Notes under the pieces: generated by a model | Database searches by the model: none | What the model saw: the letters and a program-made list of their open reading frames with translations, nothing else | Told to the model about the DNA's origin: nothing | Shown here: positions 53,661 through 62,348 of the stretch, piece by piece | Numbering within the stretch: the first letter of the stretch is position 1 | How the letters are laid out: every line of letters begins with the position of its first letter | NCBI GenBank assembly: GCA_049680185.1 | Contig: JBAUHI010000032.1 | Span: 3,767-67,766, forward strand | Direction: 5' to 3' | From: Gemmatimonadales bacterium | Lineage (GTDB): Bacteria; Gemmatimonadota; Gemmatimonadetes; Gemmatimonadales; GWC2-71-9 | Length of the DNA stretch: 64,000 bases | Made by a program: the position numbers and the translations under genes

Positions 53661-55258
53661 TGAAGTACACCCGTGTTCTCCTCGTAGCGGCGCTTGCCGC
53701 CTCCGCCGGCTGCAAGGCCAAGCAGGAGGTCCTGGTCTACCAGGCCATTCCCGTGAGCCGGCGCGACATCGTCGTCTCCGCCCAGGCCGCCGGGAGCATC
53801 CAGCCCGACACCACGGTCGACGTCAAGTCGCTCGCCTCGGGCGAAGTGACCAGCATCAAGGTGCAGACCGGCGAAGTGCTCCAGGCCGGCACGTTGATGG
53901 TCGAGATCGACCGCCGGCAGGCCAAGAACGCCGTCGACCAGTCCGAGGCCCAGTACGAGCAGGCGAAGGCCCAGCTCACGGTGGCCGAGGCGGCCAAGCG
54001 TCGCGCCGACACGCTCTTTGCCCAGCAGGCCATGACCGACGCCGACCACGACCAGGCCATCGTCAACTACGCGACCGCCCGGGCCAACCTCGTCACGGCC
54101 CGGGTCAACAACGAGAACAACATCATCGCGCTCTCGCAGACCGAGGTCCGCGCGCCGATCACCGGGATGGTCATCAGCCAGAACGTCGACCGAGGCAGCA
54201 TGATCGCGGCCACCGGCAAGGACGTCAGCGGCGGCACCACGCTCTTCCAGATGGCCAACATGAGCCTGGTGCAGGTCCACACCCTGGTGGACGAGACCGA
54301 CATCGGCAAGATCCAGGCAGGTCAGAGCACCACGGTGACCGTCGATGCGTACCCCAACCATCCCTTCGATGGCTACGTGATGAAGATCGAGCCAAGGGAC
54401 ACCGTGTCGCAGAACGTCACGATGTTCCCGGTGCTGGTGCGGATCGACAACAAGGACGGGATCCTTCGCCCCGGGATGAACGCCGAGGTGGAGATCCACG
54501 TCGGGCAGCGCCAGAACGTGCTGGCGGCCCCCAACGCCGCACTCCGTACCGACCGTGACTACGTCTCGGCCGCCCAGGTGCTCAACCTTGATCCCGAGAC
54601 CGTGGCGAACCAACTGGCGGCCTCCGACAGCGCCAGTCAGGCGGACGCGTCCCAGAGCTCGTCGCTGGGCGCTGCAGGGACGCCAGGCAAGGATCAGGCG
54701 GCGGGTGCCCACACGATGACCATGTCCAACGGCACCACGATCAAGCTGCCGGACGGTGTCACCGAGCAGCAGGTGAACGCGGCCTTCCAGCACATGCGGC
54801 AGGCCTTCCAGGGCGGCGGCGCGCCCTCCGCTGACGATCGCGCGCTGCTCCAGAAGGTGCGCAGCGCCAACCCGGACATGATGGGGAGCGGGCGTCGTGG
54901 CGGCGGGAATCGCGGCGGTGGCGGAGGCGGCAGCAGCACCGGGGTCGACTCACGGTTGGGCGGGAGCTTCATCGTGTTCGTCAAGCGGGGCGATTCCATC
55001 CGGCCGATGCGGGTCAAGACCGGACTCACCGACCTTGAATACAGCGAAGTGCTCTCGGGGCTCCAGGAAGGGGACTCGGTCCTGGTCTTGCCGAGCGCGA
55101 GCCTCGTGCAGAGCCAGCAGGAGTTCAAGGACCGGATCAACCGCTTTACGGGTGGCGGGAGCGTTCCCGGCATGAAGGCAACGCCGGCCAAGACCGCCAC
55201 GCCGGCCGCGGGTGGCGGCGGTGGCGGCGGTGGCGGGAACCGCGGCGGCGGACGGTAG
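53660..55258 (+). CDS. efflux periplasmic adaptor (MacA/HlyD family) lipoprotein with large low-complexity insertion
   Basis: Lipobox LAASAGC. Lipoyl and hairpin regions (VRAPITGMVISQNV). An insertion of about 135 aa at 54551-54964. Gly/Arg-rich C-terminal tail. Confidence 0.85.
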   Translation: MKYTRVLLVAALAASAGCKAKQEVLVYQAIPVSRRDIVVSAQAAGSIQPDTTVDVKSLASGEVTSIKVQTGEVLQAGTLMVEIDRRQAKNAVDQSEAQYEQAKAQLTVAEAAKRRADTLFAQQAMTDADHDQAIVNYATARANLVTARVNNENNIIALSQTEVRAPITGMVISQNVDRGSMIAATGKDVSGGTTLFQMANMSLVQVHTLVDETDIGKIQAGQSTTVTVDAYPNHPFDGYVMKIEPRDTVSQNVTMFPVLVRIDNKDGILRPGMNAEVEIHVGQRQNVLAAPNAALRTDRDYVSAAQVLNLDPETVANQLAASDSASQADASQSSSLGAAGTPGKDQAAGAHTMTMSNGTTIKLPDGVTEQQVNAAFQHMRQAFQGGGAPSADDRALLQKVRSANPDMMGSGRRGGGNRGGGGGGSSTGVDSRLGGSFIVFVKRGDSIRPMRVKTGLTDLEYSEVLSGLQEGDSVLVLPSASLVQSQQEFKDRINRFTGGGSVPGMKATPAKTATPAAGGGGGGGGGNRGGGR

Positions 55259-55264
55259 CGGCCC

Positions 55265-56476
55265 ATGCTCATCGGCGAGACCGTCACGGTCGCATTCCAG
55301 TCGATCCGGGCCAATAAGCTCCGGGCCGCACTCACGATGCTGGGGATCATCATCGGCGTCGGCGCCGTCATCACGATGGTGGCCCTCGGCTCGGGCGCCC
55401 AGAAGTCGGTCGAGGATCGGATCAACGCCCTCGGCGCCAACCTGCTCACGGTCTTCGCGGGACAGTCGTTCTCGGGCGGGTTCGCGTCGGCACAGCGAGT
55501 GAGCCTCACGACCGACGACGCGGCGGCACTCGACAGCAGCGCCACCACGCTCGAAGCCGTGGTGCCGGAGATCTCCAGCAACATGCAGATCAAGTACAGC
55601 AGCCAGAACTTCAACCTGTCGGTGACCGGGACGACGGCCAACTACGTCCAGGCCCACAATTACACGATGCCGTATGGGCGGATGTTCACCCGCGGCGACG
55701 ACGACGGGCGCCAGCGCTATGCGGTCCTGGGCGCGTCGCTGCCGGAGGAATGGGGACAGAATCCGACCTCGCTCATCCACCAGATGATCCACATCCGGGG
55801 GATCCCCTTCGAGGTCATCGGCATCCTGAGCCCCAAGGGGGCCCAGGGATTCAGCAACCCCGATGAACAGATCCTGATCCCGCTCCAGACCGCCAAGTAC
55901 CGGATCTTCGGGAGCAACCGTCTTCGCTCGATCTCGGTGGAGATCAAGGACGGCGTGCCGTCCGAACTCGCCATGGTGGACATCGAGCGCGTGATGCGCC
56001 GCAAGCACAAGATCCCGCCCGGCGCTGATGACGATTTCCAGATCCGTAACCAGTCGGACATCCTGGCCACTCAGCAGCAGGCCACCCAGGTCTTCACCGC
56101 ACTCCTGGCGAGCATCGCGGCCGTGAGCCTCCTGGTGGGCGGCATCGGCATCATGAACATCATGCTGGTCTCGGTCACCGAGCGGACCAAGGAGATAGGG
56201 ATCCGGAAGGCGCTCGGCGCCTCCCGCGGCACCATCCTATTCCAGTTCCTCATCGAGGCCCTCGTGCTCTGCCTCACCGGCGGCGTGCTGGGCATCCTGC
56301 TCGGCGTGGGCGGTGCGGTGATCCTGGCCAAGATCTTCAGTTGGAACACCCTGATCTCGCCGGTGGCCATCGCCATCGCATTCCTCTTCAGCGGCGCGGT
56401 GGGACTCTTCTTCGGACTCTGGCCCGCCAAGCGCGCAGCCAGCCTCGATCCGGTGGACGCGCTGCGGTACGAATAA
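55265..56476 (+). CDS. ABC transporter permease (MacB/FtsX family)
   Basis: 403 aa. N-terminal TM helix, periplasmic domain, C-terminal FtsX-type three helices (IGIRKALGASRGTILFQFLIEA). Confidence 0.9.
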   Translation: MLIGETVTVAFQSIRANKLRAALTMLGIIIGVGAVITMVALGSGAQKSVEDRINALGANLLTVFAGQSFSGGFASAQRVSLTTDDAAALDSSATTLEAVVPEISSNMQIKYSSQNFNLSVTGTTANYVQAHNYTMPYGRMFTRGDDDGRQRYAVLGASLPEEWGQNPTSLIHQMIHIRGIPFEVIGILSPKGAQGFSNPDEQILIPLQTAKYRIFGSNRLRSISVEIKDGVPSELAMVDIERVMRRKHKIPPGADDDFQIRNQSDILATQQQATQVFTALLASIAAVSLLVGGIGIMNIMLVSVTERTKEIGIRKALGASRGTILFQFLIEALVLCLTGGVLGILLGVGGAVILAKIFSWNTLISPVAIAIAFLFSGAVGLFFGLWPAKRAASLDPVDALRYE

Positions 56477-56676
56477 GGCGCGAGGAGATAAGAAGAAGAG
56501 AAGACGACGAGAAGAGGGGAACGGGGCTCCGCTCATGGCGGGGCCCCGTTTTCCATGAGGGAATGAGGTGATGCGAGGAAGAGGAGAACGGGACTCCGAG
56601 CAAGTTCGGGCCCGTTTCCCATCGCGCGCTCCCCTCACTTCCCCACCTCGCCTCCTCTTCTCCTCCTCCCTGTCCG
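56477..56676. repeat. purine-rich tracts, twin hairpins and a pyrimidine-rich tract
   Basis: 56477-56520 is GGCGCGAGGAGATAAGAAGAAGAGAAGACGACGAGAAGAGGGG. Hairpins at 56520-56554 and about 56588-56616. 56628-56676 is CTCCCCTCACTTCCCCACCTCGCCTCCTCTTCTCCTCCTCCC. Confidence 0.8.
56520..56554 (+). terminator. intrinsic terminator after the efflux operon
   Basis: AACGGGGCTCCG-ctcatgg-CGGGGCCCCGTT stem with one T-G position, followed by TTTT/CC. Confidence 0.6.
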
Positions 56677-56708
56677 ATTACCTTCCCGTACCTTCCACCC
56701 GCGCCCCC

Positions 56709-58991
56709 ATGCTCCCAGTCGCACTTCTACTGCAGGTGTCCGCCATGCTTCCTGCCGTGATCCCCGGCAAGGGAGCGCCGGATGTTGCCATCCCCCGGAT
56801 CGACGCGACGGCGGTGATCGACGGGAACCTGGACGAGGTGCCGTGGCAGCAGGCCGCGCGGCTCTCGGGATTCTGGGAGTACCAGCCCGCCGATGGGCGC
56901 CCGGCAGGCGAGGAGACCGAGGTCCGGGTCTGGTACTCTGCCAACGCCATCTACTTCGGGATCATCGCCCACGACGCGCAACCAGGTGCCATCCGGGCCA
57001 CCGTGGCCGATCGGGACAACATCCAGGGCGATGACAACGTCCGGATCTACCTCGACACGTTCAACGACCACCGGCGGGCCTATTTCTTCGGCGTCAATCC
57101 ACTCGGCGCCCAGGAGGACGGGGTGCGGGCCGAAGGCGGCTCATCGCCCGGGAACATCACCGGCGGCTCGACCGACCTGAACCCCGATTTCCTCTGGGAG
57201 TCCAAGGGCCACCTGACCCCGGACGGGTACGTGGTGGAGCTCCGCATTCCCTTCAAGAGCCTGCGGTTCCCCGGCGACGATCCGAAGTCGTGGGGGATCC
57301 AGGTCATCCGCACCGTCCAGCGCACCGGCTACCAGGATTCGTGGACGGATCTCCGTCGGGCCAACGCGAGCTTCCTGCTGCAGGACGGCACCTTCACCGG
57401 GATCCACGACATCCACCACGGCGTCGTGGTGGAGGCCCAGCCGTTCATCACCGGTGCCATGGAGGGCCAGCGGGACACCAGCACCGGTACCTTCGACCGT
57501 GGCGGGCTCCGGACCGAACTCGGCGCCAACCTCAAGCTGGGATTCAGCAGCTTCTCGGTCGATGCCACCGCGAATCCCGATTTCAGCCAGGTCGAGAGCG
57601 ATGCCGGACAGGTGACGCTCAACCAGCGATTCGCACTCTTCTATCCCGAAAAGCGCCCCTTCTTCCTCGAAGGGATCGAACTCTTCGCGACACCGAACCA
57701 GTTGGTGTACACCCGCCAGATCCAGGCTCCGGCTGGCGGGCTCAAGATCGCCGGCAAGGTGGGGCGGTTCACCTTCGCACATCTCACCGCCCTCGATGAG
57801 CCGGGCGGCGGCTCTGACGACGCGCTCTTCGATGTGGGACGTGTCCGGGCCGATCTCGGCGAGAATTCCAACGCCGGAGTGACCTATACGGACCGGACCG
57901 CGGGTTCGCTCTACAGCCGCGTCGCAGCCGCTGACATCCGCTACGTCTTCGGGAAGCTCTACTACTTCCAATCCCAGATCGGCGCGTCCTGGGTACGCGA
58001 TTCGACCGGCCAGCGTTCGAGCCCGATCTGGCAGGAGGAACTCGACCGCACCGGGCGCAAGTGGGGATTCAACTACCAGCTGACCGGCATCGGCCGCGGG
58101 TTCGAAGCGCGAGCCGGCTTCGTGCCGCGCAATAACATCGTCACCGCGCACGGATTCAACCGTTTTACTTGGTACGGCGCGCCCGGCGCATTGATGGAAA
58201 GCTTCACGATCTTCTTCGGGCCGCAGGCGACCTGGGACTATGGCCACTTCGATATGGCGCATCCGATCGAGGGCAGTACCAGCGCCAACATGATGCTTCG
58301 GCTCCGAGGCGGCTGGAATGTCACGGCGGTCCCGACATACGCATATGTCATCCCCGACTCGACGCTGTATGCTGGCTACGCGGTTGGGCATGGTGGTGGC
58401 CCCACGACGCCGTACACACTACCGGGAATGCTCGACGGCTGGACCGGGCAGCTCACCATCGGCACGCCGGTCTTCCAAGGGTTCAACGCCAGTGCGTCGG
58501 TATTCCGCGGGAAGGCGGCGCTCTTCGCCGAGGGGAGCCTCGGGACCGAGACCACGCTGACGGGATCGCTCTCCGTCCGACCGAGCCAGCAGGTGAGGGC
58601 CACCGGAAGCCTCATCGTCGACCGGCTGACGCGTGACCGGACCGGGGAGGAGTTCGCCCGGACCCTGATCCCTCGGCTCGAGTTGACGTTCCAGCCGAGC
58701 CGAGCGCTCTTCTTCCGCGTCGTAGGTGAGTACCGTTCCCAGCGGCTGGCGGCGCTCGAGGACCCCGCCACCGGCGATACGCTGGTCGTCAGTGGCACCC
58801 CGGCGACCGCTTCGGAGAGCAACACGTTCCGGATGGACTGGCTGGCGTCGTACCAGCCGACCCCGGGGACCGTGGCGTTCTTCGGCTATGGATCGAGCCT
58901 TGACGCCGGGATCAACACGCTGAGCTTCTCGCGACTGGTCCGGCAGAACGACGGATTCTTCGTCAAGTTCGCGTACCTGTTCCGGAAGTGA
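56709..58991 (+). CDS. CBM9-like / DUF5916-family secreted protein
   Basis: ATG 56709 (MLPVALLLQVSAMLPAV). IDGNLDEVPWQQAA..FWEYQPADG..VWYSANAIYFG matches the carbohydrate-binding family 9-like N-terminus. Long beta-rich remainder. Confidence 0.7.
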   Translation: MLPVALLLQVSAMLPAVIPGKGAPDVAIPRIDATAVIDGNLDEVPWQQAARLSGFWEYQPADGRPAGEETEVRVWYSANAIYFGIIAHDAQPGAIRATVADRDNIQGDDNVRIYLDTFNDHRRAYFFGVNPLGAQEDGVRAEGGSSPGNITGGSTDLNPDFLWESKGHLTPDGYVVELRIPFKSLRFPGDDPKSWGIQVIRTVQRTGYQDSWTDLRRANASFLLQDGTFTGIHDIHHGVVVEAQPFITGAMEGQRDTSTGTFDRGGLRTELGANLKLGFSSFSVDATANPDFSQVESDAGQVTLNQRFALFYPEKRPFFLEGIELFATPNQLVYTRQIQAPAGGLKIAGKVGRFTFAHLTALDEPGGGSDDALFDVGRVRADLGENSNAGVTYTDRTAGSLYSRVAAADIRYVFGKLYYFQSQIGASWVRDSTGQRSSPIWQEELDRTGRKWGFNYQLTGIGRGFEARAGFVPRNNIVTAHGFNRFTWYGAPGALMESFTIFFGPQATWDYGHFDMAHPIEGSTSANMMLRLRGGWNVTAVPTYAYVIPDSTLYAGYAVGHGGGPTTPYTLPGMLDGWTGQLTIGTPVFQGFNASASVFRGKAALFAEGSLGTETTLTGSLSVRPSQQVRATGSLIVDRLTRDRTGEEFARTLIPRLELTFQPSRALFFRVVGEYRSQRLAALEDPATGDTLVVSGTPATASESNTFRMDWLASYQPTPGTVAFFGYGSSLDAGINTLSFSRLVRQNDGFFVKFAYLFRK

Positions 58992-58995
58992 GGTA

Positions 58996-59040
58996 GTGGG
59001 TCGGATGGGCGGTTGGGCGGATGGGCGGATGGACAGTGAG
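58996..59040. repeat. GGATGGGCGG oligomer tract (half element)
   Basis: GTGGGTCGGATGGGCGGTTGGGCGGATGGGCGGATGGACAGTG. Same oligomer family as 12513-12544. No clear complementary arm nearby. Confidence 0.75.
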
Positions 59041-59097
59041 GTGGTGGAACCGTTCGGTGATGGCCAACGTTATCCCGTGTCACCCACCGGAGCCTGA

Positions 59098-59820
59098 ATG
59101 ACCGCCGTACCCCTCTCCGAAGCTGCCGCCGACGCGCCTGCCCCACCGGCACCGCACACTGGCGTACGCCGCCACCACTGGCTGGTGCGCCTGACGCATT
59201 GGATGAACGCGATCGTGCTCACAGGGCTGATCGCGAGCGGCCTCCAGATCTACGGCGCGTTCACCCGCTTCGGGCTCAAGGGCGGGATGCGCATCGGCCC
59301 CAATCCGTTCGAAGGGTATGGCTTCCCGCACTGGATGCGGCTCGGCGGCTGGCTGGCTGGCGGCCTGAATTGGCACTTTGCGCTCGGCTGGTTCTTCCTC
59401 TTCTCCGGCCTCGCCTACGTCCTGTATCTGGGCATCTCCGGCGAATGGCGATCCCTCCTCTTTCGTCCCCGCGACATCGGCCCAGCGGTCCAGATGCAGC
59501 TGTACTATCTGGGCCTCCGGAAAACGCACCCGCCACAGGGAAAGCACAACGCCCTCCAGAAAGGTGCGTACACGTTCATCGTGGCACTCGGCGCCCTGTC
59601 GGCGTTGACCGGCGTCGCGATCTACAAGCCGGTCCAGTTCCATTGGCTCACGGCACTCTTCGGCGGCTACGAGTTCGCCCGGTACTGGCACTTCGTGGCG
59701 GTCTGGGTCTTCGTGGCCTTCACGCTCACCCACGTGGCCCTCGTCTTCGCCGTCGATCCGGCGTCACTGCGTGCCATGCTCACCGGCTGGTACCGCGGGA
59801 GGTTCCCGAATCATGACTGA
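59098..59820 (+). CDS. b-type cytochrome membrane subunit
   Basis: 240 aa. HHWLVRLTHWMNAIVL and other conserved His residues in four to five helices. Overlaps the downstream molybdoenzyme gene by 8 nt. Confidence 0.75.
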   Translation: MTAVPLSEAAADAPAPPAPHTGVRRHHWLVRLTHWMNAIVLTGLIASGLQIYGAFTRFGLKGGMRIGPNPFEGYGFPHWMRLGGWLAGGLNWHFALGWFFLFSGLAYVLYLGISGEWRSLLFRPRDIGPAVQMQLYYLGLRKTHPPQGKHNALQKGAYTFIVALGALSALTGVAIYKPVQFHWLTALFGGYEFARYWHFVAVWVFVAFTLTHVALVFAVDPASLRAMLTGWYRGRFPNHD

Positions 59821-60523
59821 GCCCCTCACTCGACGCGACCTGTTCCGGATGGGCCTCGTGGCGGGCGCAGGCGCGCTCGTGTCCGGCTGCGGATGGGACG
59901 GCGGCCCCCTCAAGCCCGGGCTCGCCGCGATGGCGCGGCTCAACGACCGGGTGGGCGAGGCGCTCATCTCCCCGCACCGCCTGGCCCGGGAGTATCCGGT
60001 GTCGGAGCGCTCTGGGAGCGCATTTCCGATGTACTACGTGAGCGACGAGCTCCCGGTGCTTGCCGACCCCGCAGGGTGGCGCCTCACGGTCGCAGGGCTG
60101 GTCGCCAACCCGCTTACGCTCACGCTGGCCCAGATCCAGGCCCTCCCGCGGACGACGTACACCGTCAAGCACCATTGCGTGGAAGGGTGGACGGCCATCG
60201 CGACATGGACCGGCGTGCCACTCACGACGATCACCGCGATGGCGGCACCGACGCGAGCGGCCCGGTACGTGCGGTTCGACTCCTTCGATGCCGGGTACTA
60301 CAACGGCTGGGATCTGCAGACGGCGATGCATCCGCAGACGATGCTGGCCTACGGGTATAACGACCAGCCACTGAAGCCGGATCACGGCGCACCGCTCCGG
60401 CTCTACTCCCCGCTCAAGCTCGGATACAAGCTGACGAAGTTCGTCACCACGGTGACCTTCACCGCCGATCGCCCCGGAGGCTACTGGGAGGACCAGGGAT
60501 ACCCGTGGCTGGGAGGGCTGTGA
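59813..60523 (+). CDS. molybdopterin-dependent oxidoreductase (sulfite oxidase/YedY-MsrP-like fold), Tat lipoprotein
   Basis: ATG 59813 gives MTEPLTRRDLFRMGLVAGAGALVSGC, a twin-Arg motif plus lipobox. Contains VKHHCVEGWT and GAPLRLYSP. Confidence 0.8.
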   Translation: MTEPLTRRDLFRMGLVAGAGALVSGCGWDGGPLKPGLAAMARLNDRVGEALISPHRLAREYPVSERSGSAFPMYYVSDELPVLADPAGWRLTVAGLVANPLTLTLAQIQALPRTTYTVKHHCVEGWTAIATWTGVPLTTITAMAAPTRAARYVRFDSFDAGYYNGWDLQTAMHPQTMLAYGYNDQPLKPDHGAPLRLYSPLKLGYKLTKFVTTVTFTADRPGGYWEDQGYPWLGGL

Positions 60524-60632
60524 TACCGGTGGACGGTGAAGAGTGAACAGTGAACAGTGAACGGGGGCCTCCGTGGGATCTGCCAAGCTCCCGTTCACCG
60601 TTCCCCGTTCACCGTTGACGCCCTTGCCCGTT
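60521..60632. repeat. GTGAACGGTGAA-type palindromic element, copy 1
   Basis: Begins with TGATACCGGTGGACGGTGAAGAGTGAACAGTGAACAGTGAACGGG. Loop contains GCCTCCGTGG. Right arm is CCCGTTCACCGTTCCCCGTTCACCGTTGAC. Confidence 0.9.
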
Positions 60633-60874
60633 CATCCCTCTTCCAGTTCCACCGTCGCAGCTCCTGACCCGCCATACCTGACCCGGACGATCCAGGCCCG
60701 GCAGCAGACCTCGCAGTCCTCGACGTACTCCTGGGCGGTCCCGCCGCCCGGATCCAGGGCAATGACGCACGACGCCCCGCACCAGGGACACTGCACCTCC
60801 GCCTCGGTATCGGCGGTGCCGTCGCCCAGGGGGAACGCATCGTCGAGTGGGTCGTCGTCGGAAAAGTCGATCAT
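60632..60874 (-). CDS. CPXCG-motif cysteine-rich small protein
   Basis: 80 aa. VQCPWCGASCVIALDPGGGTAQEYVEDCEVCCRAWIV matches the CPxCG...EDCxVCC family pattern. Confidence 0.75.
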   Translation of the reverse strand: MIDFSDDDPLDDAFPLGDGTADTEAEVQCPWCGASCVIALDPGGGTAQEYVEDCEVCCRAWIVRVRYGGSGAATVELEEG

Positions 60875-60993
60875 GATACCGGTGAACGGTAAACGGTGAA
60901 GGGTGAACAGTGAACGGTGAACGGGGCGCCCAGCGGATCTTCGTGGGCGACCCGTTCACCGTTTCCATTTCACCGTTCACCGTTCCCGTTCAC
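60874..60993. repeat. GTGAACGGTGAA-type palindromic element, copy 2 (direct repeat of copy 1)
   Basis: Begins with TGATACCGGTGAACGGTAAACGGTGAAGGGTGAACAGTGAACGGTGAACGGGG. Right arm is CCCGTTCACCGTTTCCATTTCACCGTTCACCGTTCCCGTTCAC. Confidence 0.9.
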
Positions 60994-61007
60994 GCTATAT
61001 TCGCTCA

Positions 61008-62348
61008 ATGCGCCGTCCACTGACCGTCGCCAGCGGCCTCACGGCCGCGATGCTGCTCGCCCGGGCGTTCGGCACCCCGGCGCTGACCGATCCGACCGGC
61101 GCCCCGCTCCCCGCGTCACTCCACCTGTACTTCCCGCCCCTCAACATCCTGCTTGCTCCGGCCTTCGACCTCTGGGACGGCGTCTCGATGCTGGGGATGC
61201 GCCAGCTGGTGGCGTTCTTCCTCTGGAGCGCGGTGGCGATCGTGGTGTGGCGGGTGGGCGGACAGGCGTACAGGCGCACGGGCGCACGGGCCGCGTCCGC
61301 GCAGCGTCGGATCGTCCGTGCACTGTTCACTGAGCTGGCGATCATCGTCGGCGGCGTGTTCGCCCTCCTGCTCTTCGGGCTCGTAGGCCTGGTGTGGCAC
61401 CGACCGATGGTCTCCCTCGCAGGCGTGCCCGCCGGCCAGCTGGTGGTCGACCTGCACACCCACACCAATGTCTCACACGATGTCCACGGGACGCTGATGC
61501 GCGGGTTCGACGCCGACGCGGCCCGACGCTGGCACCAGCGCGCCGGATTCGACGCGTTCTTCGTCACCGACCACAACCTCATCGACGGGATCCCCGCCAA
61601 CGGCGGCCCGGTCGACGCCACGCCCGCCCTCTGCCCCGGCGAGGAGGTGAGTGCCGCCGACCAGCACGTGGTCCTCCTCGGCAACACCACCCTGGTGGAC
61701 AACCACGATTACGGCGACTCCCTCCCCGGGATCCTGCGGCTCTTCCGGGACGCGGGCCCGCGCTATGGTGCTGTGGCGATCGCCTCGATCCCGGAATACG
61801 ACAAGAACCATTTCCACGACCTGACCACGTTCGCCGATGCCGGGGTGCGCGGGTTCGAGATCGTCAACGGGGCGCCCAAGGCCAATGAGCTTACGCTGGC
61901 GCACCGCGATACGGTCATCGCGTTGGCCCGTGCACGGGATCTTCTGCTCTTGGGCGTGAGCGACAGTCACGGATGGGGTGCCACGGTGGAGGGGTGGACG
62001 CTGGTGCGGGTGGGTAGCGCACCGACGCACGGAGGCTCAGACGCTCAGGAAGCACCGGGAGCGGTCATTCCGAGCGTCCGAGCGTCAGTGCGCCTGTCCA
62101 CTTTCCCGCCGGTCTGCACCGCGATCCTGACCGCCCTTGAGCGCGGCTACGACGCCACCCAGATCGCCGCCCGCCACCGGCTGCGTCCCGATGCGTGGTG
62201 GCCCCGCTGGCTCACGCCGTTCGCGGTGGTCTGGGAGGGATGGCGGGCCATGGGCCTGGCCCAGGCATTCGGCTGGCTGCTGTGGATCTGGGGACTCGCA
62301 CTCATTGCGGCCCACCGCCCGGTCACTTCGTCAGGCGACAGACCTTGA
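61008..62348 (+). CDS. membrane-anchored PHP-domain-like metal phosphoesterase
   Basis: 446 aa. N-terminal and C-terminal TM helices. VVDLHTHTNVSHD and FFVTDHN motifs. Confidence 0.65.
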   Translation: MRRPLTVASGLTAAMLLARAFGTPALTDPTGAPLPASLHLYFPPLNILLAPAFDLWDGVSMLGMRQLVAFFLWSAVAIVVWRVGGQAYRRTGARAASAQRRIVRALFTELAIIVGGVFALLLFGLVGLVWHRPMVSLAGVPAGQLVVDLHTHTNVSHDVHGTLMRGFDADAARRWHQRAGFDAFFVTDHNLIDGIPANGGPVDATPALCPGEEVSAADQHVVLLGNTTLVDNHDYGDSLPGILRLFRDAGPRYGAVAIASIPEYDKNHFHDLTTFADAGVRGFEIVNGAPKANELTLAHRDTVIALARARDLLLLGVSDSHGWGATVEGWTLVRVGSAPTHGGSDAQEAPGAVIPSVRASVRLSTFPPVCTAILTALERGYDATQIAARHRLRPDAWWPRWLTPFAVVWEGWRAMGLAQAFGWLLWIWGLALIAAHRPVTSSGDRP

